Shown: positions 40,360 through 53,570 of the stretch, piece after piece
Layout of the letters: each line of letters opens with the position of its first letter
Numbering within the stretch: position 1 is the first letter of the stretch
From: Octopus vulgaris
Taxonomy: Eukaryota
Direction: 5' to 3'
Assembly: GCA_951406725.2 (NCBI GenBank)
Contig: OX597815.1
Coordinates: 121,024,001-121,088,000, forward strand
DNA: 64,000 nt
The notes under the pieces: model-generated
Seen by the model: the letters and a program-made list of their open reading frames with translations, nothing else
Databases searched by the model: none
What the model was told of the DNA's origin: nothing
Program-made: the position numbers and the translations under genes

Positions 40360-41642
40360 CAGGGTGTCCCAAAATTAAGGCAACCAATATTTTTCAATTT
40401 TGCCAAAGCAAAATATTGTTATATTTCAGGTCCAAGCATTGCAATGCTATGGTAAAGGAAACACAATTATGACACTACCACATTTGTTCAATGTGACCAC
40501 CTCTGTTTCGAATCACAGCCTGAAGTATAGGTACAAATGCTTTACACACAGCATGCAGCTATTCTTGCAAAATCAAAGCCCATTCCTGGCACAGTTTTGC
40601 CTTCAGAGCATCAAGCAATGCATGAGGAGTGCTTGAGACCCTCGTCTCCCAAATGGACCAAACAGGAAAATTCAATGGGCTGAGATTGAAGCTTCTTGAG
40701 GACCATACATTGTGCCCTGTGAATGACAGAATGTTTTTCTGAATCCAGTGTGGTACTTGTTTGGAGCTGTGAGATGGTGCCAAATCCTGTTGGAGGTTCC
40801 AAGGTGCACCTTGAAAGTGTTCATTTGCCAATGGAAGCAGTTCAGCTTCCAGAATATCACTAATGTATTGCTGGGTGTTAATTTTAACACCCGAACGCAC
40901 AAAAACAAGTTTAGATTTTCCAGTGGCTGTCACAGCTGCCCAAGCCATAACTGACTGTAGATTCTGAGATTTATTTATAAGTCTACTCCCAACAGAGCTT
41001 TTTAGACACCAAAGTTGGTAATTCTCATGGTTTAGTGACTGTTCAATGTAAAATTTCTTTTGATCAGTGAATACCAGGTCAGACAGCATGCCTTCAACAA
41101 TCTGATACAGGATAAGATGACTTCTCTCCAGTTTCATGGCCTTATAAATTTGCATGAACTCATGATGGTGAATCATCTTGTAGGGGTGGGTCCTGAGATC
41201 CTCCTTCAACACTCTATACATCGATGTTCAGTTTAATTTTACTGTGGCAGCCAGTGTTTTGATGGAATGATGAGAATTTCACCATATCTTTTCTCTGAAA
41301 CTTTTGATAAGCTGAGGGGTCCACACACTTCTTTTTCAACTAAATCTCGGTCAATCAGCAGTGGAACTAGTCTCTTGAAATTTCTTGACAATTTTCCAGA
41401 CTGTTGTTCAGTTAATTTTAATCTTTTTTTTTATAGCTGTATTAATTTCACTTCCTTTGTGAAGGGTTATGATTGTATTTCAGTCTATAGCCATTATCTA
41501 ATTTATAAATCTGAATTTATTTAGTCTGAAACAAAAAGAAGATACACTAAACTTTTATAACAATGTATAAACTTCATCTTATCACATTTATTGATAGTTA
41601 TTGAGGCCCAAAACTTTGATTGCCTTAATTTAGGACAACTTG
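40360..41642 (-). mobile_element. maT/DD37D-like Tc1-mariner transposon, decayed, with TIRs
   Basis: FTDQKKFYIEQ, VMAWAAV, LQQDLAPSH, WSSRSFNLSPLNFPVW in ORF 40559-41221; TIRs cagggtgtcccaaaattaaggcaa / ttgccttaatttaggacaacttg. Confidence 0.85.
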
Positions 41643-41649
41643 ACTATAT

Positions 41650-41696
<47 letters not shown>

Positions 41697-41698
<2 letters not shown>

Positions 41699-41743
41699 AT
41701 AGTACCTTGGTTTTTGAACAACTTTGATCATGAATAAATAATG

Positions 41744-41791
<48 letters not shown>

Positions 41792-41929
41792 AAAACACAT
41801 AATTTATTCATGATCAGATGCATTTGTAAACAACCGAAGTAATACTGTATTAAATGAATATGAGAAAGACAGAAGATAAAACACAATTTATTTGTGATTA
41901 GAGTTGTTTGAAAATTGAGGTACTACTGT
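41697..41929. mobile_element. Degenerate TA-flanked MITE (pogo/Tc1-like TIRs)
   Basis: agtaccttggtttttgaacaactttgatcatgaataaat versus atttatttgtgattagagttgtttgaaaattgaggtact. Confidence 0.5.
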
Positions 41930-41937
41930 ATATATAT

Positions 41938-44900
41938 ATCATCATCATCATCATCATCGTTTAACGTCCGTTTTCCGCGCTAGCACGGGTTGGACGGTTC
42001 GACCGGGGTCTGGGGAGCCAAGGGCTGCCCCAGGCTCCAGTCTGGTCTGGCAGTGTTTCTACAGCTGGATGCCCTTCCTAACGCCAACCACTCCGCGAGT
42101 GTAGTGGGTGCTTTTTACGTGCCACCTGCACAGGTGCCAGAGGGGTCTGGCATCGGCCACGATCGGTTGGTGCCTTTTTATGTGCCACCGGCACAGAAGC
42201 CATTCGGGGCAGGGTTGGCATCGGTCACGTTCGGATGGTGCTTTTTATGTGCCACCGGCACAGAAGCCAGTGGAGGCTGCACCGGCAACGGCCACGTTCG
42301 GATGGTGCTGGCGGGGTTGGCAACGGTCACGTTCGGATGGAGCTTTTTATGTGCCACCGGCACAGAATCCAGTGGAGGCTGCACTGGCAACGGCCACGTT
42401 CGGATGGAGCTTTTTATATGCCACTGGCACAGAAGCCAGTGGAGGCTGCACTGGCAACGGCCACGTTCGGATGGTGCTTTTTATGTGTCACCGGCACAGG
42501 TATCACAACTACTACTGTTTCCATTGATATTTGGTTCGATTCTCATGTACATGCACTTGACTCAACAGGTCTCCTCAAGCACAGCGAGATGTTCCAGTAC
42601 ATGCACTTGACTCACCAGGTCTCCTCCAGCACAGCAAGATGTTCCGGGATCCCACGATCGGTTGGTGTGTGCCACCGGCACAGAAGCCATTCGAGGCGGT
42701 GTGTCACCGGCACAGGTATCACAACTACAACTGTTTCCATTGATATTTGGTACGATTCTCATGTACATGTACATGGACATGCACTTGACTCAACAGGTCT
42801 CCTCAAGCACAGCGAGATGTTCCGGGATCCCACGATCGGTTGGTGCTTTTTATGTGCCACCGGCACAGAAGCCAGTGGAGGCTGCACTGGCAACGGCCAC
42901 GTTCGGATGGTGCTGGCAGGGTTGGCATCGGTCACGTTCGGATGGAGCTTTTTATGTGCCACCGGCACAGAAGCCAGTGGAGGCTGCACTGGCAACAGCC
43001 ACGTTCGGATGGTGCTTTTTATGTATCACCGGCACAGGTATCACAACTACTACTGTTTCCATTGATATTTGGTTCGATTCTCATGTACATGCACTTGACT
43101 CACCAGGTCTCCTCAAGCACAGCGAGATGTTCCGGGATCCCATGATCGGTTGGTGTGTGCCACCGGCACAGAAGCCATTCGAGGCAGTGTGTCACCGACA
43201 CAGGTATCACAACTACAACTGTTTCCATTGATATTTGGTTCGATTCTCATGTACATGGACATGCACTTGACTCAACAGGTCTCCTCAAGCACAGCAAGAT
43301 GTTCCGGGATCCCACGATCGGTTGGTGCTTTTTATGTGTCACTGGCACAGAAGCCAGTGGAGGCTGCACTGGCAACGGCCACGTTCGGATGGTGCTTTTA
43401 TGTGTCACCGGCACAGGTATCACAACTACTGTTTCCATTGATATTTGGTTCGATGTTCATGTGCCACCGGCACAGAAGCCATTCGGGGCGGAGTTGGCAT
43501 CGGTCACCGACGGATGGTGCTTTTTATGTGCCACCGGCACAGGAGCCAGGGGAGGCTGCACTGGCAACGGCCACGTTCGGATGGTGCTTTTTATGTGTCC
43601 CCGGCACAGGAATCAACAACTGTTTCCATTGATATTTGATTCGATGTTCATGTATCGATGTTCATGTATATGTATATGCACTTGACTCAACAGGTCTCCT
43701 CAAGCACAGCGAGATGTTCCGGGATCCAGGGTACTTTGGATGGGCAGGGGATATGCGGAACTGGTGCCGGAAGCATCTCGGGTCTTAGTAGTCACAGCAC
43801 ATCTCCAGAGATCTCGGTCCTTCGCCATTGCCTCAGTGAGGCCAACGCTCTGAGGTCATGCTTGACTACCTCATCCCATGTCTTCCTGGGTCTACCTCTC
43901 CACCTGATTCCTTCAACTGTTCGGGAGTGGCACTTCTTCACACATCTCTCCTCATCCATCCGCAGTACATGACCATACCATCGCAAGCGTCGCTCTTGCA
44001 CACCGCATCTGATGCTTCTTATGCCTAGCATTTCTCTCAGGGTGCTTACACTCTGTCGTGCATTCACACTGACATTACACATCTAGCGGATCATGCTAGC
44101 TTCATTTCTTTCAAGTCTACGCATGTCCTCTGCAGTCACGGCCCATGATTCACTGCCGTGAAGCATGGCGGTTCGCACACATGCATCATACAATCTACCT
44201 TTCACTCTGAGTGAGAGACCCTTTGTCGCCAGTAGGGGTAGGAGCTTTCTAAACTTTACCCAGGCTATTCGTATTCTAGTGGTGACACTCTCTGTGCATC
44301 CACCCCCACTACTAACTTGGTCACCCAGGTAGCGGAAACTATCAACTACTTCTAGTTTTTCCCCCTGGAGTGTGATGGAATCTGTTTTTTTAGTGTCTGT
44401 GGTGTCTATTGTCCCTATGCATCTGCCGCACATGAAAGCTATCTTATCAGTTAATTTCCCTTTGATGTTGCTGCACCTCTTATGCGTCCATAGCTTACAC
44501 TGGGTGCATCTTATGGAGTTTCTACCTACACCTTTCTTACAGCTCGAGCAGGGCCACCTGCCCGATGGGGTGTGTGCTGAGTTCGCCTTTCTGCATACTA
44601 TAACTTTGGTCTTCGCTACATTTACTCTAAGGCCCTTAGATTCTAACCCTTGTTTCCACACCCGAAATTTCTTTTTTAGTTCCGGTAGTGATTCTGCTAT
44701 GAGGGCCAGGTCATCAGCATAGAGGAGCCCCAGGGGCAACCTGTTTTGAATTCCTCTGTTATTGCCTGGAGGACTATGATGAATAAAAGGGGACTGAGGG
44801 CCGAGCCCTGGTGTACCCCTACTTCAACCCGAAATTCTTCACTATATTCGTTGCCAATCCTAACCTTGCTGACAGCCTCTCTGTATAGAGCCTGTACAGC

Positions 44901-45872
44901 CCTTATTAGCCATTCGTCAATCAACAGTTTCCGCATCGACCACCAGATAAGGGATCGGGGAACCCTGTCAAAGGCTTTCTCCAAGTCCACAAAAGCTATG
45001 TAGAGGGGTTTATCTTTAGCTAGGTACTTCTCCTGCAGTTGTCGGACCAGGAATATAGCATCAGTGGTGATTCTACCTGGCACAAAACCGAACTGCATCT
45101 CATCTAAGCAAATTCTCTCCCTAATGAGATGGGTTATGACCCTCTCTGTGGTCTTCATCACCTGATCTAGCAGTTTAATACCCCTGTAGTTATTTCTATC
45201 TAGAGCATCACCCTTACCCTTGTAGCAGTTGACTATGGTGCTGCTACGCCAGTCATTGAGTATGACTCCATTGTGAACTACCTGGTTAACAATACGGGTG
45301 ACTAGGCCATAGCCCACATAGCCAGCTGTTTTAAGCATCTCAGCAGTGATTCCTGATGGGCCGGGGGCTTTACCCGGTTTCATATCCTTAATTGCTTTAT
45401 CTACTAGGGAGCCGTCTATTCGGATAGCTGGTCCCTCTACTGGGTCAACATTTGGCAGGCTCTCCTCCTCCCATTCATTCTCCACGTTCAGCAGTCTTTC
45501 ATAATGGCTTCTCCAAGCCTCTTTCTTTTCACCAACATTAAAGGCAAGTGCCCCATCATCCATGCGAACACATTTCTCTCCTGTAACATCACTATTTTCT
45601 CTCACACACTGTCTAGCAATCCGAAATACCTCAGTTCTTTGGTCCTCACGTTGCTGGACATTGGCAAACTTCTTTTCTGCTATATCTTTGGCTATGTATA
45701 CCTGCCGCCCGGCCTCCCTTTTGGCTACTAGGTACGGTTCCCTGCTACCCCCATCCCTCCAGGCTCTCCAGGCCTGTTTCTTAGAGCTAATGGCTTTGTC
45801 TACTGCACTATTCCACCACCACGTAACTCTAGGTCTGGAAGGAACTTTGCCCCATCCACAGACTTGGTCTGT
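41938..45872 (-). mobile_element. 5'-truncated RTE-clade LINE (RT, PHD-like finger, ~1.8-kb repetitive 3'UTR, (CAT)n tail)
   Basis: KAPGPSGI, NYRGIKLL, QFGFVPG, FVDLEKAFDRVP, GVHQGSALSP, LLYADD, FRYLG, RLRWYGHV; frameshift near 44730 and premature stop at 44083. Confidence 0.95.
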
Positions 45873-46177
45873 GATATATATATATAATGAGGGAGATAAA
45901 TTTAATATTAATTTAATTAATATCAATTTAAAACCAGTAGCCTAGCATACAAAAATCTGAAAAATCAGAGAAAATTCTAATACTTGTGTATATTTAAAGA
46001 GCAAAGCAAACTAGGTTATCAGCCGTATGCTAGAAGTAGATCACCTACGATCAAACTACGAAGAAAAGAATGTTCTCTAGAGGAAAATTCACCAGAACCA
46101 TATGCGGGCAAGATAGATGAAAATTATATAAAAAACCATAAAAAAATATATATATAAAACCATAAAAATATAGATAT

Positions 46178-46255
<78 letters not shown>

Positions 46256-46400
46256 AGAAGGGTTTAGTTCACTGGTGATCTAAACGAATCAGTATGTTGA
46301 GTAAGTACTATAATTGGTCGCCATTAGGTTCCAAGTTCGCAGATGAGGCTGGAGCTAGGAATGTCCTGCCTTGGTTTTTGTTGTCTTTTTTCTTCTAATA

Positions 46401-46812
46401 GGTGCAGGAGTGGCTGTGTGGTAAGTAGCTTGCTTACCAACCACATGGTTCTAGGTTCAGTCCCACTGTGTGGGACCTTAGGCAAGTGTCTTCCACTGTT
46501 GCCTCAGGGCGACCAAAGCCTTGTGAATGGATTTGGCAGATGGAAACTGAAAGAAGCCTGTCGTATATATGCATATATATATGTATGTGTGTGTATATGT
46601 TTGTGTGTCTGTGTTTGTCCCCCCAACATTGCTTGACAACCAATGGTAGTGTGTTTACATCCCCGTAACTGAGAGGTTTGGTAAAAGGGACTGATAGAAT
46701 AAGTACTAGGCTTACAAAGAATAAGCCCTAGAATTGATTTGCTCGACTAAAGGGGGGAGATCCAGCATGGCCGCAGTCAAATGACTGAAACAAGTAAAAG
46801 AGTAAAAGAGTA
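46401..46812 (+). mobile_element. Full-length tRNA-derived SINE (main family)
   Basis: ggtgcaggagtggctgtgtggtaag ... gaaacaagtaaaagagtaaaagag. Confidence 0.88.
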
Positions 46813-46852
46813 ATATAATATATATAAATATGTATATATATGATGGACTCTC

Positions 46853-46896
<44 letters not shown>

Positions 46897-46898
<2 letters not shown>

Positions 46899-47446
46899 CA
46901 ATTTAGGAGTGACCCTAACAGGTCATTCGTCCACCAGAAAGAGCAGCCATAACTCACACCGCCAAGTAGTAGTAATTCAGAAATTAGGTGAAAATTTAAA
47001 AACATTTACCCTAATTCATCTTTTAGACGTTGCAACGTTTCTGTGTCATTAATGATTAAATTAGCTTAATTAAATTAAATTAAGCTAATCTACCATAGGT
47101 TACACTTCATCAGTAAAAAACCTGGGAGAGACAAATATCTGTCTTACGAGGCGCAGTAAATATAAACTGCCGATCTCTCAGAATATCAGAAAATGCCAAA
47201 AAAATTCACGGAATATCTGTCTTAAAATTTTCAAGACTGACGTATTCGCGCCAAACTTATCAGCAGTAAATATAAACTGCCGATTCAATCTCAGAATTAT
47301 TCAGAAAATTATCAATTAGTCAATTTAGGGTAGCAAAAAAATTCAATAGAAATTTATCGCTACCAGCGGCCTAGTGGAAAAGAGAAAATAGTCAACGACT
47401 AAATATATAAATATAACAATTTAGGAGTGACCCTAACAGGTCATTC
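46897..47446 (-). mobile_element. Non-coding hammerhead-bearing element with 32-bp terminal direct repeats (retrozyme or Penelope pLTR-like) in (TA)n
   Basis: aacaatttaggagtgaccctaacaggtcattc at 46897-46928 and 47415-47446 (period 518); contains the hammerhead motif at 47019-47120. Confidence 0.65.
47019..47120 (-). ncRNA. Type I hammerhead ribozyme motif with a large stem II insertion
   Basis: Minus: tttttta CTGATGA agtgt...acaca GAAAC gttgcaac GTC taaaaga; 7-bp stem I (one G-U), stem III palindrome ACGTTGCAACGT, GUC site; first stem II pair is an A-A mismatch. Confidence 0.72.
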
Positions 47447-48030
47447 ATCATATATATATATATATGATGAACTCATGTGATGGTTAATGGAATAGAAATG
47501 CCTTACTTGAAAAGCAAGACGGGGTTGGCAACAGGAAAGGAATCTGGCCTTAGAAAATGTGCCTCAATAACTGTCATGGCAACTCTGAAAGATCAGGCAT
47601 AAAATGATATTGAATATGATGATGAGGATGACGATAACGAGCAGGAAGAGGAGGAGGTCAATGATGATGTTGATGATGACAACAATGATGATGATGACGA
47701 TGATGATACAATGACGATGATAATGGTGATGATGATGACAATGACATGGCAGCAATGTTTTTCAGTTCTTGATTGCTCATTGAAGATATAGATTGATTTC
47801 GCACTATCCAGGATATTTTTATGGACATCCAGTATAATATTCAGTTTTTGTTCACTTTCTTCTTGTAATCTAATCTTAAGCAATAATGTGCCTCATGTGG
47901 CTTTGGAGAATCTTACTGCTAATTAAATCTGAGGTATGGCATATACATACCTTAAGCCAATTAATTCTTCCAACACCTGAACTTATTCTGTAATTGGAAC
48001 AAGATTACAAGTATAAAAGTATCCATAACA

Positions 48031-48437
48031 CTTTTACCCTTTTACTCTTTTACTTGTTTCAGTCATTTGACTGTGGCCATGCTGGAGCACCACCCTTAGT
48101 CAAGCAAATCGACGTATTCTTTGTAAGCCTAGAACTTATTCTATCGGTCTCTTTTGCCGAACCGCTAAGTTATGGGGATGTAAACACACCAGCATCGGTT
48201 GTCAAGTGATGTTGGGGGGACAAACACAGACACACAAATACACACACACACACATACTTATGTATACATATATACGACAGGCTTCTTTCAGTTTCCGTCT
48301 ACCAAATCCAGTCACAAGGCTTTGGTCGGCCCGAGGCTATAGTAGAAGACACTTGCCCAAGATTCCATGCAGTGGGAATGAACCCAGAACCATGTGGTTG
48401 GTAAGCAAGCTACTTACCACACAGCCACTCCTGCACC
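48031..48437 (-). mobile_element. Full-length tRNA-derived SINE (main family)
   Basis: Reverse complement of the 46401-46812 family sequence. Confidence 0.88.
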
Positions 48438-48502
48438 TGTAAAAGTTAGAAATGTATTAGTAAGAACTTTACAGCAATTCATAATAGTGTTATTATCAAC
48501 GT

Positions 48503-48945
48503 TGTTTAACATCCGCTTTGCATGCTGGTATAGGTTGGACAGTTTGACTGAGGACTGGCGAACCAGTAGGCTGCACCAGGCTCCAATCTGATCTAGCTGG
48601 ATGCCCTTACTAATGCCAACTACTCCAAGAGTGTAGTGGGTGCTTTTTACATGCCCCCTCTTGGGAGCCAGTTGGGGGCACTGGCATTGACCACATTCGG
48701 ATGGTGCCTCTTACATGCCACCAGTACAGGAGCCAGTTAGGGGGCATTGGTATCGATCATGTTCGGATGGTGCCACCAGCACAGGAGCCAGTCAGGGGGC
48801 ACTGGCATCGACCACGTTCAGATGGTGCCTCTTATGTACCACCAGCACAGGAGCCAGTCAGGGGCCATTGGCATCGACCACATTCGGATGGTGCCTCTTA
48901 CATGCCACCAGCATAGGAGCCAGTCAGCAGGCACTGGCATCATCA
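48503..48945 (-). mobile_element. RTE 3'UTR fragment with ~62-bp tandem units
   Basis: Shared RTE terminus plus repeated gccaccagcacaggagccagtcagggggcactggcatcgaccacgttcggatggtgcctctta-like units. Confidence 0.75.
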
Positions 48946-49154
48946 TCAACCATGCTGAAAAGGTGTTATGTACCCTAAAAATTATTTATTATTTTGGTGC
49001 AAATGGTTTTTTATACGGCGCTATTTTTACAATCCTTTAAATAATAATAATGGTATCTTTATATAAGCTTAAAGTTTATGGCAATCACTGTGCAATGACT
49101 AAAGAAAATAGTCTAATAAAGGGGCATATAAGCCCTCAACAGAAAAAAGAAGGC

Positions 49155-49230
49155 TTTCCTACCTACGTGGGAGTTGAACCCACATCCCTTTGTTAATGTG
49201 ACTAAGTGTGTTACCTTTATACCAGCAAAA
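49155..49230 (-). other. tRNA-like (SINE head or tRNA pseudogene) segment
   Basis: Minus: tgctggtataaaggtaa...gtgggttcaactcccac (A-box and T-arm-like); no complete cloverleaf. Confidence 0.35.
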
Positions 49231-49912
49231 CATATTGAGGAAAATAAATACATACTGGAGTATGTTTCTATTGTTGGAAGTCCTAACCTTCTGTTGTATA
49301 CCTGTTTATGCTTTTCTTCTGTTATACACATACAAACTCAATCAGTAAATTGCCTGTAGCCTGGGCTGGATTAAGACCCATAGGGGCCCTCAGCACATGA
49401 AAGATTTTAGTACCTCCATGTATATATAATTCAAAATAAAAACAGCAATAAACCATAAAATAGTTTCATTTTTCAAAATGAAACAAAACTAACGGTAAGA
49501 TGGTAAACAACATTTATTTTTGCATACTCCCACTTTATTTATATTTGAAAGATTTTCTGCTACTTTTTAATAACAAAGTCTTTGACCAGATTCTCAAAAT
49601 TAATCTTATGTAACACATCTACTTCCATACTTAGAAGACATAAGCATCTTGAATATTTTAGCAAATTTAAAATGATTTCTTTTGTTCTGTAAGCCATTTA
49701 CCATTTCTGTGGTGTCCCACTTGCCTTGATGCCCTAAGCATGTGCTTATTTTGTTTAATGATGTATCCAATGCTGCCTGTAGCCAATCTTCATTTAAGCA
49801 ACTTTCATACCCCGACATTTAATGCTAGAGTTTAGACACAAATTCAACCTAAGCACTAATTGTATGTACCTATTATCTTGCATAATTTTGGCATTGTATT
49901 AACCACTCTCTC

Positions 49913-49955
<43 letters not shown>

Positions 49956-49995
49956 TTCCCACTCTTTCTTTCTCCTTCTCTCCTTCTTTCTATAT

Positions 49996-50893
49996 ATGTG
50001 GTCTGATCTATAAGTATCTGAACCGTTGCCATACCAACGAAGCTAAAGCATGCAGAGTGAAGCTGCATGGCACAGATTGACCTTGAATTCTGCTGGGCAT
50101 GTGCACTATGTTCAACATTCTAGCTCACTTCTGCTACTTACAGCAGTGCTTGGAAGGAAGGTGTGTAGCATGTGATCATCACATTGACCATGACAGAGAA
50201 AGATGAGAAGAGAATCTGCACCAAATTTTGCCTAAAGCTTGCCAATACCTGCTCAGAGGCCTCCGTAAAGTTTTCAAAAGGTTTTCATCATTCTCAACAC
50301 AATTAAGATCTTGTGCAACTGAAACCCAAGGGTTTTCTGGTCAGCTGATAGCAGTTTTAGCACAAACTTGGCAGACAAGCATCTCATACCAAAATCTTCA
50401 TTGATAATGGACTGAACTGAATCACAACTAATCTGCACATCCTCTGATAACTCACAGATGGTGATTTGATGATTTTCTTTTACAGCTGCACATACATCTG
50501 CGATGTTTTTCTCAGTTCTGTTGGTTGCAGGTCTCCCAGAACGTTCGTCACTATCGACATTTTTCCAGCCACCTTGGAAACGTCTAAACCACTTGTACAC
50601 TTGTGTGCAGCTCATACGCTCCTCTCCATACACTTTCTGCAACTTTGCATAGGCTTCTGAGCAGGTATCACCATAACAACTTTCTCTGTCATGGTCAATG
50701 CAACAATCACACCCTACACACGTTCCTTCCAAGCACTGCTTTGAACAGTGGATGTGAGCTAGAACATCAAACTTAATGTGCATGCACAGCAGAGTGGAAT
50801 GTCAATCTGCATCAAGCAGCTTCTCTCTATGTGCTTTAGCTTCGTTATTATGGCAACAGTCCAGATACTTATTATGGAAACAGTCCTGATACT

Positions 50894-50897
<4 letters not shown>
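49996..50897. mobile_element. Mariner-derived foldback element made of two inverted 5' ends
   Basis: Left arm (+) has TIR, 5'UTR and MTEKDEKRICTKFCLKL; right arm (-) has the same 5'UTR and HTH (KLQKVYGEE...VYKWFRRF...DERSGRP...SAKFV). Confidence 0.8.
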
Positions 50898-50935
<38 letters not shown>

Positions 50936-50937
50936 GC

Positions 50938-50971
<34 letters not shown>

Positions 50972-52118
50972 CCTTGTCTTGACATCACACAATTTCTAGA
51001 TATAAGCAAGCATCATTATCACATTATCATACAAGTGGTGCCATTCCTTTACAGTCTTCATTGAAAACATATCCTGACATGGGCAAATATTCCCCTGTTT
51101 GGAAATGGGTGACAGTTGGTGACAAGAAGACCATAGAAAATTCTACTTCAGTGAATTCTGTGTGATCCATGCATGCATGGAAAATTAGATGCTATAACAA
51201 CCACGAAAACGACAGCCATGATGATGATGATGACTGAGCAGTGCTAGCCATAATCTATACACTTCTTATGTATCCATCTTTCTCATTTCCTATCAGATTA
51301 CCAATATTATGAAGCATTTTCTTTTGGTTAACAAATTCAAAGTAAATTTAATAATTCCATTTCAAATACTTCTTTTGAAACCACATTATGACAGATTTCT
51401 TATCTTTACTGTCCAGAAATATTATCTATTCTCTAAATAACAATAGGAAAGTGTTGGTTAGTTAAGATGGTTGGCACTAGTCTCAACGTCTTCTTACACC
51501 AATAATTGTAAAAGACACAGAGAAATTTCTGTATTTACTTTAGAAGGACATATCTATATTAAGGATGGATATGCTGTGGAAGAATTATCTACTAAATGTG
51601 GCACTACTATATCCAAAATCTCTGTCTTCAGTATTATCATCATTCACATCATAGTTATCATCATCATTGTTTTAATGTCCATTGCTCCATGTTAGCATGG
51701 GTCAGATAGAATTCATTGAGGAAGGTTTCTAATGGCTGGATGCCTTTCCTGTCACTGACTGAAACCTGTTTCCAAGCAAGATAGTATTTCCTCACAGTCA
51801 AACATGCTTTACACAGAAGATTCAAAACAAATGATCCTAATTTACCACCATCAAGTAATGCCAAGACAAGGACATACACCCATGTATATATGACAGGCTT
51901 CTTTCAGTTTCTATCCACCAAACTTACTTACAAAGTTCTGGTCAGCTGGAGTGCAGGTTAGCCCAGGGTCATAGCAGATGATGGCATTTGCCCGTCATTC
52001 TGCATGTTAAGATTAAACATGAAACCAAAAGGTAGGGAAACAAGTTTCTTAACCATACAGCTACCCATATCTATTGTAACAGTGCTAATAATGAATAAAT
52101 AACTAAATGCAAAATATA

Positions 52119-52796
52119 CGAGTTGGTATCAAAAGGTTCCAGGACTAGTTATGTTTAATAAAGAATAACTTATTTACCTAGGTTTTAACATCATATCCTT
52201 CAAAATAGTCACCTTGTGCAGCAATACAGCATTTCTGCCACTTATAAAATGGCAACCTTTGAGCTACATTTTCATCTTGGGGAAGAGATGGAAGTCAGCA
52301 GGTGCTAAATTTAGGGAAAAGAGTGGGTGTGGAAGTGATGCCATGTTTTTGGTAAAAAAAACTCACAAGCGAAGAATTCAATTCTTTGCATGCCATATAC
52401 CTAATCATTTTCATCAAATATCTTTCCTCAAACACTTCGAAACATCACAGGAGAATTCCCTATTGACAATCTGGCCCTTAGGGACAAATTCTTAATGACC
52501 TATTGTCTCATCACCATAAGCTTGCCAAAGCATGCTCAATGTCTCTGTAGCAGACTTCCCAAGTTTAATGCAAAATTTCACGTTGGTTCTTTGTTCCACC
52601 TTGTCCATGACAAAAATCACAGAATACAGCATGCACGTGATCACAAAAACACAAATTTCACAACTTGTGAAGTAAACACAGTCATGCCACTTGACAAACT
52701 GCCTCATGAAGGTCACTGCTAGCTCTCACTGTGCACAGTGCTGCCATCTCTTGGCATGCTAAAGAAATAGTTTAGGAACTTTTTGATACCACCTTG
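52119..52796 (-). mobile_element. Internally deleted mariner with TIRs
   Basis: N-terminus MDKVEQRTNVKFCIKLGKSATETLSML, C-terminus CIAAQGDYFEG; TIRs cgagttggtatcaaaaggttcc / ggaactttttgataccaccttg, TA-flanked. Confidence 0.8.
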
Positions 52797-53570
52797 TAGA
52801 CTACAATTTTCATCTCGGAATAAAGATGAAATAGAAATCTCTAAAGCAAGGGCCATCATTACAAAGCCTTATTATATATCATCAGGAAAGAATTTCAGGG
52901 AACAAAATATTAAGTAATGAAATATTAACCACATTTAAAAGAAAAACCTCAGTATTTCAAAAATATATTATTCATTTCAGGGAAAATGTGCATTTATAAG
53001 CTTATTACATGAAATATTAGAATCTATGAAAATTGCAAAATATTTTTTAAAATGAGTTTTAAATTTCATATACACGGAAAACTATTTTGATTTTTACAAA
53101 ATTATTTCCTTTGACTGTTAAGATCCCAATTTGTTGAGGAAGACAAAGGAGGAGGAAAAAATAGAAAAATTTATTTTTATTTTTATTTCTATTGATGCTT
53201 TTACCATTGTTCTTATAGTAATTCTTGTTATTGCATATACAAATGACCTAAATTTTAGCAATTTCTAAACAAAATCTATATTTTGTATAATATTTCCTTA
53301 TTGAACTTAACTATAACATCTCACTAAGGAATAATATTACTTCTGTTCTTGTTAGAGAAACAACAACTTTGCAATAACAATCTATTGATGCTTCTGGAGA
53401 ATTCTATATATTTCTAAACCTACCACTATTTGACAGAAAGAACTTGTGTGATCAATCATTTCTTTTTGCAGTAGCTATATATGTTCTTAATATACAACAG
53501 TTATTGAATTTTCTTTACATTTTTTTTTACACTTCTAAAATGCAATAGAGAAGAAAAATTTATAGCAGAT

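Noticed and set aside
41990-43685. Overlapping 100-276-aa ORFs (also at 38800-40330 and 59110-60199)
   Set aside because: By-products of GC-rich tandem repeats in RTE 3'UTRs.
49155-49230. Functional tRNA gene
   Set aside because: Only the T-arm and A-box-like parts are convincing; acceptor and anticodon stems do not pair. SINE heads were likewise not called as tRNAs.
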